NCBI GenBank assembly: GCA_963839055.1 | Contig: CAWITP010000002.1 | Coordinates: 162,505-226,504, forward strand | Source: an uncultured Pseudomonadota bacterium | GTDB taxonomy: Bacteria > Pseudomonadota > Gammaproteobacteria > Steroidobacterales > Steroidobacteraceae | Direction: 5' to 3' | DNA length: 64,000 bases | In this document: piece by piece, positions 45,691 through 56,263 of the stretch | Layout: each line of letters opens with the position of its first letter | Position numbering within the stretch: the stretch's first letter is position 1 | Program-made: the position numbers and the translations under genes | Notes under the pieces: generated by a model | The model's input: the letters and a program-made list of their open reading frames with translations, nothing else | What the model was told of the DNA's origin: nothing | The model's database searches: none

Positions 45691-47337
45691 GTGGCTGTAA
45701 TTCCCGGTAGGTCTCATGTGTGCGCGGCAGGCTCACTCGCGAGCTGCCTGCTGCTCTGGCTGACGATAGCGAGCTCTGCGGGCGCGAAGCCACCGGTCGA
45801 TGGCAGCGTCGTCAACCGGATTGCCGATGAGGCCTTCAACCACGGCGAGGTCGTGGATACCGTGGCGCATCTGGCCGACGGGATTGGCGGTCGAATGACG
45901 AACTCGCCGGCCATGCGCGTCGCTGAGCACTGGACCCAGGAGAAATTCCGCAGCTGGGGTCTGAAAAACGTGCATGCCGAGGGTTTCAACTTCGGCCGGG
46001 GCTGGTGGATCGAAGCGGCTCACGTGCGCATGCTGACTCCCCGGCCCCTCGCGATGCGCTCGATCCCGGTGGCGTGGACGCCGCCCACGAATGGGCCGCT
46101 CGCCGCACCGATTGTCGTCGCGCCGATGCGCTCCCCGCAGGACTTCAACGAATGGAAGGGCAAGCTGGCTGGCAGGATCGTGCTGTTCAGCTGGCCGGAG
46201 CCGGCCAGAGACGAAACCGCGGCGCCGTTCGCGCGACTGAGCGATGCCGAGGTGGCGCAGCTCAATCGCTACGCCGAACCGAAGTTCGACCCGGAGGCGC
46301 TGCAGAGGCGTGTTGATCGTCTGCTGTTCCGGCGCAAGGTGGATGCATTCGCCGCGGCTGAGGGCGCAGTGGCATTGGTGCGGATGTCGCGCAACGACGG
46401 TCACCTGGTGCATGGCGAGGGTTACAGCTACCAGGTAGGCCTGACTGCGAAGCTGCCCGAAGTTGAAGTGGCCGCTGAGGATTATCGCCGGCTGGCGCGT
46501 CTGGCACGCCTCGGGGAGGTGCGGCTCGAGATCGACAGTCAGGTACATTTCGAAGATGCCGACCATAACGCCTACAACATCATCGCCGAGCTGCCGGGGC
46601 ACGAGGGCCGCGCCGGCTATGTCATGGCCGGAGCGCATCTGGACAGCTGGGTTGCAGGTGACGGCGCTGCGGACAATGCCGCCGGCAGTGCGATCGTCAT
46701 GGAGGCGGCACGCATGCTGAGCCGCATCGGCGTGCCGACGCGACGCACCATCCGCTTCGCTCTCTGGGCCGGCGAGGAACAGGGCCTGCTGGGCTCCAGC
46801 GCCTACATCGAGCAGCACCTCGCGCATCGACCGGTATCGGCTGATCCGCAACTGGCCTCGCTCGGGGCGTACTTTGCTCCGCCCACCTACCCGGTCACGC
46901 CGCTATCGGGCTTGCGCGACATGCATGGCTATTTCAACGTCGACAACGGCTCGGGCAAATTGCGCGGCATCTACGCGGAAGGAAATTTCGCGGCCGCACC
47001 GCTGCTGCGCGACTGGCTGTCGCCGTTCGAGAGCCTGGGAGCGGCTGCGGTCGTGGCGGAGCCCACTACCGCCACCGATCACGAGCTCATGAGCGCTCTT
47101 GGCTTGCCAGCCTTCCAGTTCATCCAGGATCCGCTCGATTACGAGACGACCGTGCATCACACTGATGTGGACACCTTTGATCATCTGCGGCCCGTTGACC
47201 TGCGCCAGGCCGCAGTGGTGCTGGCGACGCTGCTGCTGGATGCCGCCAACATCGAGCAGCCGCTGCCCTCAAGGCCGCTGCCGACGCAACCGAGCCTCAC
47301 CGATCCCTTCCATTACCACGAGCCCGTGCAGCCCTGA
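45691..47337 (+). CDS. M28 family metallopeptidase with PA domain, secreted
   Basis: NIIAELPG, AHLDSW, GAADNAAGSA, WAGEEQGLLGS and HHTDVDTF are M28 zinc-ligand contexts. The start codon (GTG 45691 or 45718) is uncertain. Confidence 0.85.
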   Translation: MAVIPGRSHVCAAGSLASCLLLWLTIASSAGAKPPVDGSVVNRIADEAFNHGEVVDTVAHLADGIGGRMTNSPAMRVAEHWTQEKFRSWGLKNVHAEGFNFGRGWWIEAAHVRMLTPRPLAMRSIPVAWTPPTNGPLAAPIVVAPMRSPQDFNEWKGKLAGRIVLFSWPEPARDETAAPFARLSDAEVAQLNRYAEPKFDPEALQRRVDRLLFRRKVDAFAAAEGAVALVRMSRNDGHLVHGEGYSYQVGLTAKLPEVEVAAEDYRRLARLARLGEVRLEIDSQVHFEDADHNAYNIIAELPGHEGRAGYVMAGAHLDSWVAGDGAADNAAGSAIVMEAARMLSRIGVPTRRTIRFALWAGEEQGLLGSSAYIEQHLAHRPVSADPQLASLGAYFAPPTYPVTPLSGLRDMHGYFNVDNGSGKLRGIYAEGNFAAAPLLRDWLSPFESLGAAAVVAEPTTATDHELMSALGLPAFQFIQDPLDYETTVHHTDVDTFDHLRPVDLRQAAVVLATLLLDAANIEQPLPSRPLPTQPSLTDPFHYHEPVQP

Positions 47338-47469
47338 AGCGAGCTGTCGCCAGAGTGTGACAGCTCGCCGGAGCGTGACCTTCACGGGGCGCGCTTTCTG
47401 CTACTCCTGTTGCGGAGCGTTGTGGATTCCGCCCGCTGTGAGCGGCGGTATGGGTATGGGAGTAGCGCT

Positions 47470-47676
47470 ATGAACATGAAGTTGAATCCGTATGTCGTCC
47501 TGATCGCCACGAGTGGTTTGATGTTTGCAACCGTTGCCTTTGCCGAGCCTGCGGCGAGCGTTTCCCCTGAGGATGTGGCCGACGGCGCGCCTACGGATGG
47601 TTCGGTGGAGAATGCTCTCGCGACTCATCCCATGGGCAATATGAGCGCGGCGCACAGTGTGTTGGTAGCGCACTGA
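47470..47676 (+). CDS. small secreted hypothetical protein
   Basis: MNMKLNPYVVLIATSGLMFATVAFA signal. GGGAG lies upstream. The gene ends 17 nt before asmA-like. Confidence 0.45.
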   Translation: MNMKLNPYVVLIATSGLMFATVAFAEPAASVSPEDVADGAPTDGSVENALATHPMGNMSAAHSVLVAH

Positions 47677-47693
47677 CAGCGGCCGGCACACGC

Positions 47694-49766
47694 ATGAGGG
47701 GCGCCGTGGTGCTGAAGTGGCTGGGCATCGGTATCGGTGCAATCCTGCTGCTGCTGGTCGTCGCGTTGGCATTGCTCGACTGGAACTGGTTCAAACATCC
47801 GATTGAGCGCATCGCCAGTGCGGATTCCGGCCGCACCGTTCGCATCAATGGCAACCTGCAGGTGCATCTGTTCACCTGGAAGCCGTCCTTTACGTTGAAT
47901 GATTTGAGCGTCGGGAACCCGCCATGGGAAGCCGGACCCCCGATGCTGCAGGTGCAGCGTCTGACGGTGCACCTCAAGCTGTTGCCGCTGCTGAAGGGTG
48001 ATGTGATTCTGCCCCGCGTGGAGGTCATCTCCCCCAATGTCTATCTGCATCAGGACAAACAGGGGCAGGCCAACTGGACTTTCGAGAACCAGAAGCCAAC
48101 ACGTGCGAAGCAGGCCTCGGGACCGGCCAAGCTGCCGGTGATCCGCGATCTGCTCATACAGGACGGCAAGCTCAAGCTGGCCGATGATATTCGCAAATTG
48201 AAGGTGGACGGCACCATCCAGGCCCGTGAGAACAAGACCAATGCCGATCCGACGCCGTTTCGCATCCAGGGTAAGGGCAGCATCAATGACCAGCCCTTCT
48301 CCCTGACGGTCGCCGGCGGCCCGCTAATGAATCTCGATCCCGGGCATCCGTATCCATTCAACCTGGATATTCATGCGGGCGAGATCCACTTCGAGTCGGA
48401 CGGCCAGGTGTTGAAACCGTTCAATCTGGGTCAGCTGAATTTCGCGGCGACGATCAGCGGCAACGATCTGGCGGAGTTCTTCTATCTGACGCAACTGGCG
48501 CTGCCCAATACGCCGCCTTTCAAGCTGCATGCGCGCATCGAGCGCGATGATATGAAGATCAAGATCCGGGATATCGCCGGCACCCTGGGCGGCAGCGATC
48601 TCACCGGCTCGCTGGATGTCGATGCCACGCGCAAGCGTCCGGTGGTGAATGGCGAACTGGTCTCCAAGCGCCTGCGATTGGCTGACCTTGCAGCCTCCGT
48701 CGGCGGCAAAACCAAAGGTCCGGCCAGTCTGGACAAGGAGAATGGCAACAAACCGGCCAAGCCTGAACCCCAGGGCAAGGCGCCGCCGCCGGATCCCAAC
48801 GCGCGGTTATTCCCGGATGCGCATTTGCAGGTGGAGCGGGTGCGGGCCATGGATGGTGATGTGCGTTTCCGCGCGAGCTCCATCGAGGCCGGCAGCGTCC
48901 CGTTCAAGGAGGTAGCGCTGCATATCAAGTTGGACGACGGCGTTCTGTCGCTGGATCCCTTCGCCTTCGAGATGGCCCAGGGACGTATCAGCGGTGTCAC
49001 GCGCATCAACGCGCAGCAAAAGGTTCCGCAGGTCAAGCTGGATGTGCGCGTCCGCGACATACAGCTCGATCAGCTCAAGGGCAAGGCTGCGAATGCCACT
49101 CCACCGCTCGATGGCATCATGCAGGCCCGCGCCGTCATCGATGGCAAGGGCGACTCGTTGCACCGGGTCATGTCCGATGCCAATGGCACCTTTACGGTCA
49201 TCCTCCCCAATGGCGATGTGCGCTCAGCGTTCGCGGAGCTGACGGGTATCAACATTGCCAAGGGTCTGGGACTGCTGCTCACCGGTACGCAGGACAAGGC
49301 CCCGATCCGCTGCGGTGTGGCGCAGTTTGCGATTCATGACGGCGACATGCAGGCGCAAACACTGGTGTTCGATACCCAGAACGTGAAGATCACGGGCAAA
49401 GGCGACATCCGCCTCGGGCCTGAAGAACTCAACATGGAGATCAAGGGTGACCCGAAGAAGCCGCGGCTCGCACGGCTGCGCACGCCCGTCGAGATCCGCG
49501 GACACCTGATGAAGCCCTCGTTCGGCGTTGATACGGGCAAGACCCTCGCACAGGGGGCCGTGGCCGCTGCGCTCGGGGTAGCGGTCACACCGCTAGCTGC
49601 GGTGCTGGCTTTCGTGGATCCGGGCCTGGGGAAGGACGCCAATTGCTCACAACTGGTTGAAGGTGCGCAACAGGCACCCAATCCGCCCAAGAAACCAACA
49701 CAGCCGTCGGCGCAGCAGGGTGGCCCAGCAGCCTCCAAAGGCGCGGCCACGAGCGCGGAACATTGA
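47694..49766 (+). CDS. AsmA family protein
   Basis: N-terminal anchor VVLKWLGIGIGAILLLLVVALALLDWNWFK, then a long beta-rich region with the typical C-terminal AsmA segment (FTVILPNGDV...NVKITGKGDI...). Confidence 0.82.
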   Translation: MRGAVVLKWLGIGIGAILLLLVVALALLDWNWFKHPIERIASADSGRTVRINGNLQVHLFTWKPSFTLNDLSVGNPPWEAGPPMLQVQRLTVHLKLLPLLKGDVILPRVEVISPNVYLHQDKQGQANWTFENQKPTRAKQASGPAKLPVIRDLLIQDGKLKLADDIRKLKVDGTIQARENKTNADPTPFRIQGKGSINDQPFSLTVAGGPLMNLDPGHPYPFNLDIHAGEIHFESDGQVLKPFNLGQLNFAATISGNDLAEFFYLTQLALPNTPPFKLHARIERDDMKIKIRDIAGTLGGSDLTGSLDVDATRKRPVVNGELVSKRLRLADLAASVGGKTKGPASLDKENGNKPAKPEPQGKAPPPDPNARLFPDAHLQVERVRAMDGDVRFRASSIEAGSVPFKEVALHIKLDDGVLSLDPFAFEMAQGRISGVTRINAQQKVPQVKLDVRVRDIQLDQLKGKAANATPPLDGIMQARAVIDGKGDSLHRVMSDANGTFTVILPNGDVRSAFAELTGINIAKGLGLLLTGTQDKAPIRCGVAQFAIHDGDMQAQTLVFDTQNVKITGKGDIRLGPEELNMEIKGDPKKPRLARLRTPVEIRGHLMKPSFGVDTGKTLAQGAVAAALGVAVTPLAAVLAFVDPGLGKDANCSQLVEGAQQAPNPPKKPTQPSAQQGGPAASKGAATSAEH

Positions 49767-49844
49767 GAGGCGCGAATCATTGAGCTGACACAGGAAGCAC
49801 CCGCATGGGGCGGTGCTTCGCTCAAGACGAGAAGGAGTGCAATC

Positions 49845-50207
49845 ATGGGTATGAGTGCAGCTAATTCGGATGCCATTCGCGCGAAGAAGGTGCTGGGAAC
49901 CAGCGTTAAGGATCCAGCGGGGGACAAGATCGGCTCGATCGAGGATATCGTGCTCGACAAGCTATCGAACAACATAGTGTTTGCCATCGTGGGATTCGGC
50001 GGCGTTCTGGGGATGGGCGAAAAATATCACCCGATCCCGTGGGCGTCCCTGAAATATGACGAGCGCGAGGGCGGCTATGTGGTGAATTTCACCAAGGAGC
50101 AGCTGGAGGCAGCTCCCGCCGACTCGCTCGATGCCCTGGTAGCCAATAATGGTATGGCGTATCGGGACCAGGCCTACGCCTACTACAAGGCGCCCCGCTA
50201 CTGGTAG
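49845..50207 (+). CDS. PRC-barrel domain protein
   Basis: VLGTSVKDPAGDKIGSIEDIVLD...GGVLGMGEKYHPIPW is the PRC-barrel pattern. GAAGGAG lies upstream of the ATG. Confidence 0.82.
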   Translation: MGMSAANSDAIRAKKVLGTSVKDPAGDKIGSIEDIVLDKLSNNIVFAIVGFGGVLGMGEKYHPIPWASLKYDEREGGYVVNFTKEQLEAAPADSLDALVANNGMAYRDQAYAYYKAPRYW

Positions 50208-50384
50208 GTCTGCTCTATCGAGTCCTTCTTGGGCGCGGAACGTACGGCGGTGCGTGCGCTCCGCGCCCCTGTATAGCGATTTGCCGGCCGGTTTCACCCC
50301 TTTGTCTGTCGTATCCCGCGAGACGCCATGGAGGCCGGCGCGGTTAAGCGCTAAGCTTCCCGCTTTCATGCGAAGGGGACGACG

Positions 50385-51485
50385 GTGCAGGAGGACGGCT
50401 CTAACTTGATCGCGATGCGGCCGGCGAATTCGCCGAACGCATTTGATCTGCGGCGGGTGGGGACCCATCCGGATTACTGGTATGCGCTTGCCTGGTCGGA
50501 TGAGTTGCAACCCGGCCGCACGCTCGGTCGACGTTTCGCCGGCCAGCCGATCGTGCTCTACCGCAGTGACAGCGGTCGGGTATTCGCGCTGGAAGATCGC
50601 TGCGCGCATCGCCAGGTGCCACTGCACCTGGGCGTGGTGTGCGGCGAACAGCTCAAGTGCCACTATCACGGCTGGAGCTACGATCACAGCGGCAAGTGCG
50701 TGGACGTGCCCTACCTGGGGAAGGAACGTCTGCCCAACGGCGTACGCAGCTATCCGGCCCGCGACATCGACGGCCTGATCTTCGTGTTTCCGGGCGATCC
50801 GGCGCTGGCGGATTCGCGGGCACCGGTCACGCTGGGCCGCTCGCAGCGCAAGGACTACAAGACGCGCCGGCTCAACCGCCAGGTCGCCTGTCACTACACC
50901 TTCATGCACGAGAACCTGTTCGACATGAACCATCAGTTCATGCACCGCAAGAACATGGGCTCGATCAAGGCAAGCTGCATCGGCCGTCAGCACGGTGACA
51001 ACTGGGCACAGGTCGAGTACACCTTCAGCCGCACCGGCGGCCGGCAGTCGATGGGCGAGACGGTTATCATCGACCTGGTGCGCCGGCGCGGTGAGGCGAA
51101 GAAGGATTTTTCCGATCACATGCGCATCCGCACCGACTATCCCACGCAGAACCTGCAGGTCTGGGTGGGCCGGGATATCAAGGAAAGCGACGATCCGGTG
51201 TTGGATGTCTGGCTCAACTACACTCCCCTGGACCGCGAGCAGCGAACCAACCGCACCTTCGGATATTTGTCGGTGAAGAAACCACCGATCCCGGGATTGA
51301 TCCATCTCGTCTGGCCGCTGGTAACGTGGTTCACCGAACGGATCTTTGCCGAGGACAAGGAGATCGTGGAATACGAGCAGGCGGCCTACGATGCGCAAGG
51401 CAGCGACTGGAACAACGAGGTGTTCCCGGCGATCCGCGACCTGCGCGCCGTGCTGGGCCGTTGCGGACAGCCACTGGCGGACTGA
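50385..51485 (+). CDS. Rieske [2Fe-2S] non-haem iron oxygenase (alpha-subunit-like, orphan)
   Basis: Rieske CAHRQVPL...CHYHGWSY. Mononuclear iron context NLFDMNHQFMH. The start could be 50385 (GTG) or 50415 (ATG). Confidence 0.82.
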   Translation: MQEDGSNLIAMRPANSPNAFDLRRVGTHPDYWYALAWSDELQPGRTLGRRFAGQPIVLYRSDSGRVFALEDRCAHRQVPLHLGVVCGEQLKCHYHGWSYDHSGKCVDVPYLGKERLPNGVRSYPARDIDGLIFVFPGDPALADSRAPVTLGRSQRKDYKTRRLNRQVACHYTFMHENLFDMNHQFMHRKNMGSIKASCIGRQHGDNWAQVEYTFSRTGGRQSMGETVIIDLVRRRGEAKKDFSDHMRIRTDYPTQNLQVWVGRDIKESDDPVLDVWLNYTPLDREQRTNRTFGYLSVKKPPIPGLIHLVWPLVTWFTERIFAEDKEIVEYEQAAYDAQGSDWNNEVFPAIRDLRAVLGRCGQPLAD

Positions 51486-51518
51486 AGGGCCGGATCGAAC
51501 GCCCGGATCGAACGTCCG

Positions 51519-53120
51519 TTACTGCAGACCCTGCGAGCGCAGATACTCCTCGTAGCTGCCACGGAAGTCGGCGATGGTCCCACCCGGCTTGACCTCGATG
51601 ATGCGCGTCGCCAGCCCATCGACGAACTGGCGGTCGTGCGAGACGAACAACAGGGTGCCCGGGTATTTCTCCAGGCCGATCTGCAGCGATTCGATGGTCT
51701 CCATGTCCATGTGATTGGTTGGCTCATCGAGCAGCATGACATTGGGCCGCGTGAGCATGAGCTTGCCGTAGATCATGCGGCCCTTTTCACCGCCGGACAG
51801 CACGCGCACCGACTTCTTGGTCTCGTCGCCGGAGAACAGCAACCGTCCCAGAGTCGCGCGCACGATCTGCTCGTCATCCGCCTTGCCGCTCCAGACTGAC
51901 ATCCACGCGAACAGGTCAGCGCCGTCGGCGAACTCAGCCTGCGGATCCTGCGGCATGTAGCCGACTTCGGCATTCTCAACCCAGTTGACCTGGCCTGAAG
52001 CGGGCCGCAGTTCGCCGGCAAGGCAGCGCAGCAGCGTGGTCTTGCCGACGCCGTTGGGTCCGATGATGGCGACCCGCTCGCCTGCCTCGATGTTGAAGGT
52101 GATGTCAGTCAGGACGGGCTGCGCGCTACCCGGATAGGCAAAGCTCAGTTTCTCCACGGTGACGGCCGAGCGATATAATTTCTTCGCCTGCTCGAAACGG
52201 ATATAGGGATTCTGGCGCGATGAGGGACGCACTTCCTCGATGCGGATCTTCTCGATCTGTTTGCGACGCGAGGTGGCCTGGCGCGCCTTGGAAGCGTTGG
52301 CCGAAAAACGCCGCACGAATTCCTGCAGGTCGGAGATCTGTGCGCGCGCCTTGGCGTTGGCCGCTTCGACACGCGCTCGTGCCTGGGTTGCGGCGAGCAT
52401 GAAGTCATCGTAGTTGCCCGGATACACCCTGAGCCGCTGATAGTCGAGATCGGCGATGTGCGTGCAGACCTGATTGAGGAAATGACGATCGTGGCTGATG
52501 ATGATCATGGTCGCGTCGTATTCGTTCAGCACCCGTTCCAGCCAGCGGATCGAATGGATGTCCAGATTGTTGGTCGGCTCATCCAGCAGCAACACATCCG
52601 GACGCGAAAACAGCGCTTGGGCCAGCAGCACACGCAGTTTCAAGCCCGGCGGCACCTCGCGCATGGGCCCCTGGTGCAGTGACTCGGGAATCCCGGCATC
52701 CAGCAGCAGGGCGGCGGCGCGCGCCTCGGCGGTGTAACCCCCGTACTCGGCGAAGCGGCTTTCGAGCTCGGCAGCCCGCATATAGTCGGCATCGCTCGCC
52801 TGCGGGTCGGCGTAGATCCGGTCGCGCTCGCTCATCGCCTGCCACATCTCGAGGTGACCTTGCATCACGACATCGAGCACCCGCTGCTCCTCGTAGCCGA
52901 ACTGATTCTGGTTCAGCTTGCCGAGGCGCGCGCCGGGCTGCAGCACGACGTCGCCGGAGCTTTGCTCGAGGTCACCGCCCAGGATCTTGAGCAAGGTCGA
53001 TTTGCCGCAGCCGTTGGCGCCGATCAGCCCGTAACGGTTGCCATCGGCAAACTTCGCCGTAACCTGCTCGAACAGTGGCTTGGCTCCGAATTGTATGGTG
53101 ATATTTGAGGTCGTCAGCAT
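51519..53120 (-). CDS. ABC-F family ATPase (YbiT-like)
   Basis: Two Walker A sites ([18 protein letters not shown]), two ABC signature regions, no TM domain, and the N-terminus [18 protein letters not shown]. Confidence 0.9.
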   Translation of the reverse strand: MLTTSNITIQFGAKPLFEQVTAKFADGNRYGLIGANGCGKSTLLKILGGDLEQSSGDVVLQPGARLGKLNQNQFGYEEQRVLDVVMQGHLEMWQAMSERDRIYADPQASDADYMRAAELESRFAEYGGYTAEARAAALLLDAGIPESLHQGPMREVPPGLKLRVLLAQALFSRPDVLLLDEPTNNLDIHSIRWLERVLNEYDATMIIISHDRHFLNQVCTHIADLDYQRLRVYPGNYDDFMLAATQARARVEAANAKARAQISDLQEFVRRFSANASKARQATSRRKQIEKIRIEEVRPSSRQNPYIRFEQAKKLYRSAVTVEKLSFAYPGSAQPVLTDITFNIEAGERVAIIGPNGVGKTTLLRCLAGELRPASGQVNWVENAEVGYMPQDPQAEFADGADLFAWMSVWSGKADDEQIVRATLGRLLFSGDETKKSVRVLSGGEKGRMIYGKLMLTRPNVMLLDEPTNHMDMETIESLQIGLEKYPGTLLFVSHDRQFVDGLATRIIEVKPGGTIADFRGSYEEYLRSQGLQ

Positions 53121-53409
53121 GCGTGTCCATCAGGCTCGGGTAAACGCGCACCGTTTGCCGCGGCTGCGCGCCAGATACCGGGATTGGGGAACCAGGCCGC
53201 CTGAGGGCGGTGGCTCGCGACGAGTCATGGGGGCTTGCCTCGGCAGTGCAAGGCCGCGCTCCCTGGTCGGTGCGATGATTGTACCAAGATTGGCGCGCGT
53301 GGGTCGCTGCGGCGCGGCTACCGCTCGAGGGCTGCGCGCGGGTGCGAAAGGATGCGAGAATGAGCCTGCAGGAGCCCAGTCCGTCCACCGCCCGATCCGA
53401 GGAGCCGCC

Positions 53410-53949
53410 ATGGCAATGAGTGATGCCAAGAAGAAAGAGCTGAAAACCCGCCGCTCCGCGCCGTTGGTGACCCCAACAGATTTGGGCGCCGAAGCCTCGG
53501 CTGAAATTGCCGGTGGCATGAATGCGATCCTGGCCGATGTCTTTGCGCTTTATCTGAAGACCAAGAACTTCCACTGGCACATGAGCGGCCCGCACTTTCG
53601 CGATTACCACCTGCTGCTCGATGAGCAGTCCGAGCAGATCTATGGGATGACCGATCCCATCGCCGAGCGCATTCGCAAGGTAGGCGGCTCGACGCTGCGC
53701 TCCATCGGCCACATCGCCCGCCTGCAGCGGATCAAGGACAACGATGCGGAGTATGTCGAGCCACTCGATATGCTCGCTGAGCTGCGCGAGGACAACCAGG
53801 CGCTCGCGGCGCGGCTGCGCGAAGTGCATGACGTCGTCGATGACGCGCGCGACATTGCCACGGCGAGCCTCATCGAGAACTGGATCGACGAGACTGAGCG
53901 CCGCGTGTGGTTCCTGTTCGAAGCCAGCCGCAGGGGCAGCCCCTCCTGA
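53410..53949 (+). CDS. dps: Dps family DNA-binding ferritin-like protein
   Basis: LKTKNFHWHMSGPHFRDYHLLLDEQ...AERIRKVGG...DDARDIATASLIE is the Dps ferroxidase signature. The start at MAMSDAKK is preferred over the long ORF from 53038. Confidence 0.9.
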   Translation: MAMSDAKKKELKTRRSAPLVTPTDLGAEASAEIAGGMNAILADVFALYLKTKNFHWHMSGPHFRDYHLLLDEQSEQIYGMTDPIAERIRKVGGSTLRSIGHIARLQRIKDNDAEYVEPLDMLAELREDNQALAARLREVHDVVDDARDIATASLIENWIDETERRVWFLFEASRRGSPS

Positions 53950-54145
53950 AACGGCCGTGCGTCGGCTGACGCTGGCCATGTTAGGTTGTCGCCAGCTACC
54001 GACACCATTCCGACACTGCTTGCCGCCCGCGTGAGGGGCGTGAGCTTGGCACTCCTGACGTTGTAGTTTTGCAACGCCCGGCTGCAGCTGCAGCAGAGTG
54101 TGGCAGTATGCCGGCTCGGTGCGCCAGGCGGGGAGGATAGGGGTA

Positions 54146-56140
54146 GTGTCAGTCCGCAAGTTAGTTGTGACGACGGTGCTGATGGCCGTGTTGGCCGGCT
54201 GCGGTGGTGGCGGCGGATCTCCCAACCCGGTGCTGGGCACGACCACCTTCTCCACGCTGCAGAATGCGCCCCTGCAAGGACAGGTCACTGCGACCGACCC
54301 GGGCGGCGCTGCGCTCACTTTCAGCAAGACGAGCAATCCGGCTTCCGGAACGATCACGGCGTTTCAGCCGAGCGGCGCCTTCATCTACGTTCCGAATGCC
54401 ACTTTCACCGGAAGTGACAGCTTCAGTATCCAGGTGAGCGATGCGGCGGGTCACTCGACCACCGGCACGGTTGCCATCACAGTCAAGGCCGATCACGCGC
54501 CCGTGGCAGGGAACGTGATCCTGCGTGCCGATGGCGGCGCGCTCGCCAGCGTCAACGTGTTGGCGAACACCACGCACCCTGACGGCGGGGCGCTCACGGT
54601 CAAAATCTCAGGTACACCGTTTCCGTCCGGCACGAAGATCGGCGTGAATACCGATCAGAGTGTCGGCATCACCCCGCCTGCCGGCTTCATCAAGGGGCTG
54701 ATGAATTTCACGTTCACTGTGACCGATGCGAGCGGTATGAGCGCCAACGCAGCGGCAGCGGTTTTCGTCGGCACCGATCCCTTTCGCGCGGCATTTGTGG
54801 GCGATGCCTCGGCTAACGGCAGCTACGAGGTGTATCTGACCGACTTCGCTGCGACGCCTGCCATGATGTCGAGTGCCAGTCACGGCACCACCCGATTGCG
54901 CGGTTTTGCCGTGGCAGATTCCGGCAAGACCATCGCTTACCGCAGTCAGGACGCGGCCAACGCGAGCTCCCTGGCTTTCGTGCAGACCTCTGCACCGGCG
55001 ACGCAGGTCCCGATAGCGCTGCCCGGCAGTGTCTCTCCGACCTTGAGCCTGCAGGGGACCGATCAGTTCCGCGTCAGTCCAGACGGGCAGTGGATAGCCC
55101 TCGTGGCAGGTCAGAGCAACACGAGCTCGGTCTACATCGTGAACGTTGGCAGCGCCTCGACCGTGACCCCGGTTGCCCCCTCCGGCGGCGTGTACGCCGA
55201 GCAGCTGTCATTCACTCCCGATTCGAAGGGTCTGTATTTCCTGGCCAGCAGCGTACCGCCCGGTAGCAATGGGGTCACCAACCGCTCGCTGTATTTCGTT
55301 GACCTGGCGGCTCCGGGCACCGTGACGCTGATGTCTGCCCTGAGTGCGCCGGGCACGGCTGCTGATGTCGCGGCGTATGAGGTGTCACAGGATCAGACGA
55401 GCATCGGGCTGGAAGCCAACCGCCTCGGCAGTCTCGGCTTGTTTTTCGTTAATCCGGCCCATCCGCAGATGGAGGTGCAGATCAGTCATAAGTTCGCGCT
55501 CGATGAGGTGCTGTATTCCAGCACGCTCACCCTGCCGCAGGGCAGTGGAGGCGGTGCCGATGGGCGACGAGTGGCCTACACCACCTTTAACACCGTAACG
55601 AAATCCCCGGCCACGCTCAGCGTCTTCGTCGCAGAGGTTTCGGCTACGCCGAACCCACGCCCGATCGTCAACAACGGCGCGGTGGCGCTCGCGCTACGAC
55701 CCGATGATGCGGCGGTGCTGTACTCGAAGGGAGGCAATGTCTACGAAAACCTCGTCGACGCAGGAGCTGCTGCCGACAACGTCGTGGGTGGCGGCACCGG
55801 CGGTTGGTATGACTCGACGGGCAACATCGTGCTGCTGTCGCTTGCCACCGTCGTCCCGGGAACCTCCACTGCCTATCCGGTCCTGGCTTCCACAACGCGG
55901 GCTTCACCCTTCACCGCGCCGCAACTGGTGGATGGCGGCACGCAAGCGGTCGTCTACAACAACGTCTCGGGCTTCGATCGTGCGGTAGCTATCATTGCCG
56001 AAGGTCCCGCAGGTGGGCCTGCGCCCAGCAGCGCACCCTTGCTGCTGGTGAACGCGCTCGCTCCGGATAGCGTGTTACCGCTCGCGGGCTTCAAGTCGCC
56101 GTTGCAGCTGACCACTGACATCGCCAAGGTGACTCAGTAG
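54146..56140 (+). CDS. large lipoprotein with Ig-like (cadherin-like) repeats and TolB-like beta-propeller region
   Basis: GTG 54146 is preceded by GGGAGG. Lipobox VLMAVLAGCGGGG. Repeats of the type TATDPGGAALTFS...GSDSFSIQVSDAAGHSTTGTVAITV. Later SPDGQWIA and TPDSKGLYF propeller-like blades. Confidence 0.65.
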   Translation: MSVRKLVVTTVLMAVLAGCGGGGGSPNPVLGTTTFSTLQNAPLQGQVTATDPGGAALTFSKTSNPASGTITAFQPSGAFIYVPNATFTGSDSFSIQVSDAAGHSTTGTVAITVKADHAPVAGNVILRADGGALASVNVLANTTHPDGGALTVKISGTPFPSGTKIGVNTDQSVGITPPAGFIKGLMNFTFTVTDASGMSANAAAAVFVGTDPFRAAFVGDASANGSYEVYLTDFAATPAMMSSASHGTTRLRGFAVADSGKTIAYRSQDAANASSLAFVQTSAPATQVPIALPGSVSPTLSLQGTDQFRVSPDGQWIALVAGQSNTSSVYIVNVGSASTVTPVAPSGGVYAEQLSFTPDSKGLYFLASSVPPGSNGVTNRSLYFVDLAAPGTVTLMSALSAPGTAADVAAYEVSQDQTSIGLEANRLGSLGLFFVNPAHPQMEVQISHKFALDEVLYSSTLTLPQGSGGGADGRRVAYTTFNTVTKSPATLSVFVAEVSATPNPRPIVNNGAVALALRPDDAAVLYSKGGNVYENLVDAGAAADNVVGGGTGGWYDSTGNIVLLSLATVVPGTSTAYPVLASTTRASPFTAPQLVDGGTQAVVYNNVSGFDRAVAIIAEGPAGGPAPSSAPLLLVNALAPDSVLPLAGFKSPLQLTTDIAKVTQ

Positions 56141-56263
56141 TAGGAGAGGACTGACAATGCGTTCCGCTGCGCACACGCGACCACGCAGTGCACGCACCGG
56201 CGCACGGGGCCCACGGGGCGCTGAAAGCTTTCAGCCGGACGGGGTGTGATCGACCGCCGGATC

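Noticed and set aside
44115-47337. The adjacent secreted S10 and M28 peptidases, together with the M24 and M16 peptidases elsewhere in the window, considered as a dedicated proteolytic system.
   Set aside because: The genes have separate starts and signals, a 22-nt gap and no coupling. Such secreted peptidases are common in this kind of genome. Nothing in the sequence ties them into one system.
51489-51514. The 13-nt tandem duplication (gccggatcgaacg cccggatcgaacg) in the Rieske / ABC-F convergent gap, considered as a repeat element or REP sequence.
   Set aside because: There are only two copies, no inverted-repeat structure, and no other occurrence that I could find in the window. It is most likely a simple local duplication.
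53038-53409. The 124-codon extension upstream of Dps (ORF 53038-53949).
   Set aside because: The extension is Arg/Ala/Gly-rich with no homology signal. Dps proteins are ~160-180 aa, and MAMSDAKK gives the expected length.
56220-56235. The perfect 16-bp palindrome GCTGAAAGCTTTCAGC between convergent genes, considered as a terminator or operator.
   Set aside because: As a hairpin it has only a 6-bp AT-containing stem and a 4-nt loop with no U-tract. As an operator it has no adjacent promoter, because both flanking genes end here. It contains a HindIII-like AAGCTT core and may be fortuitous.
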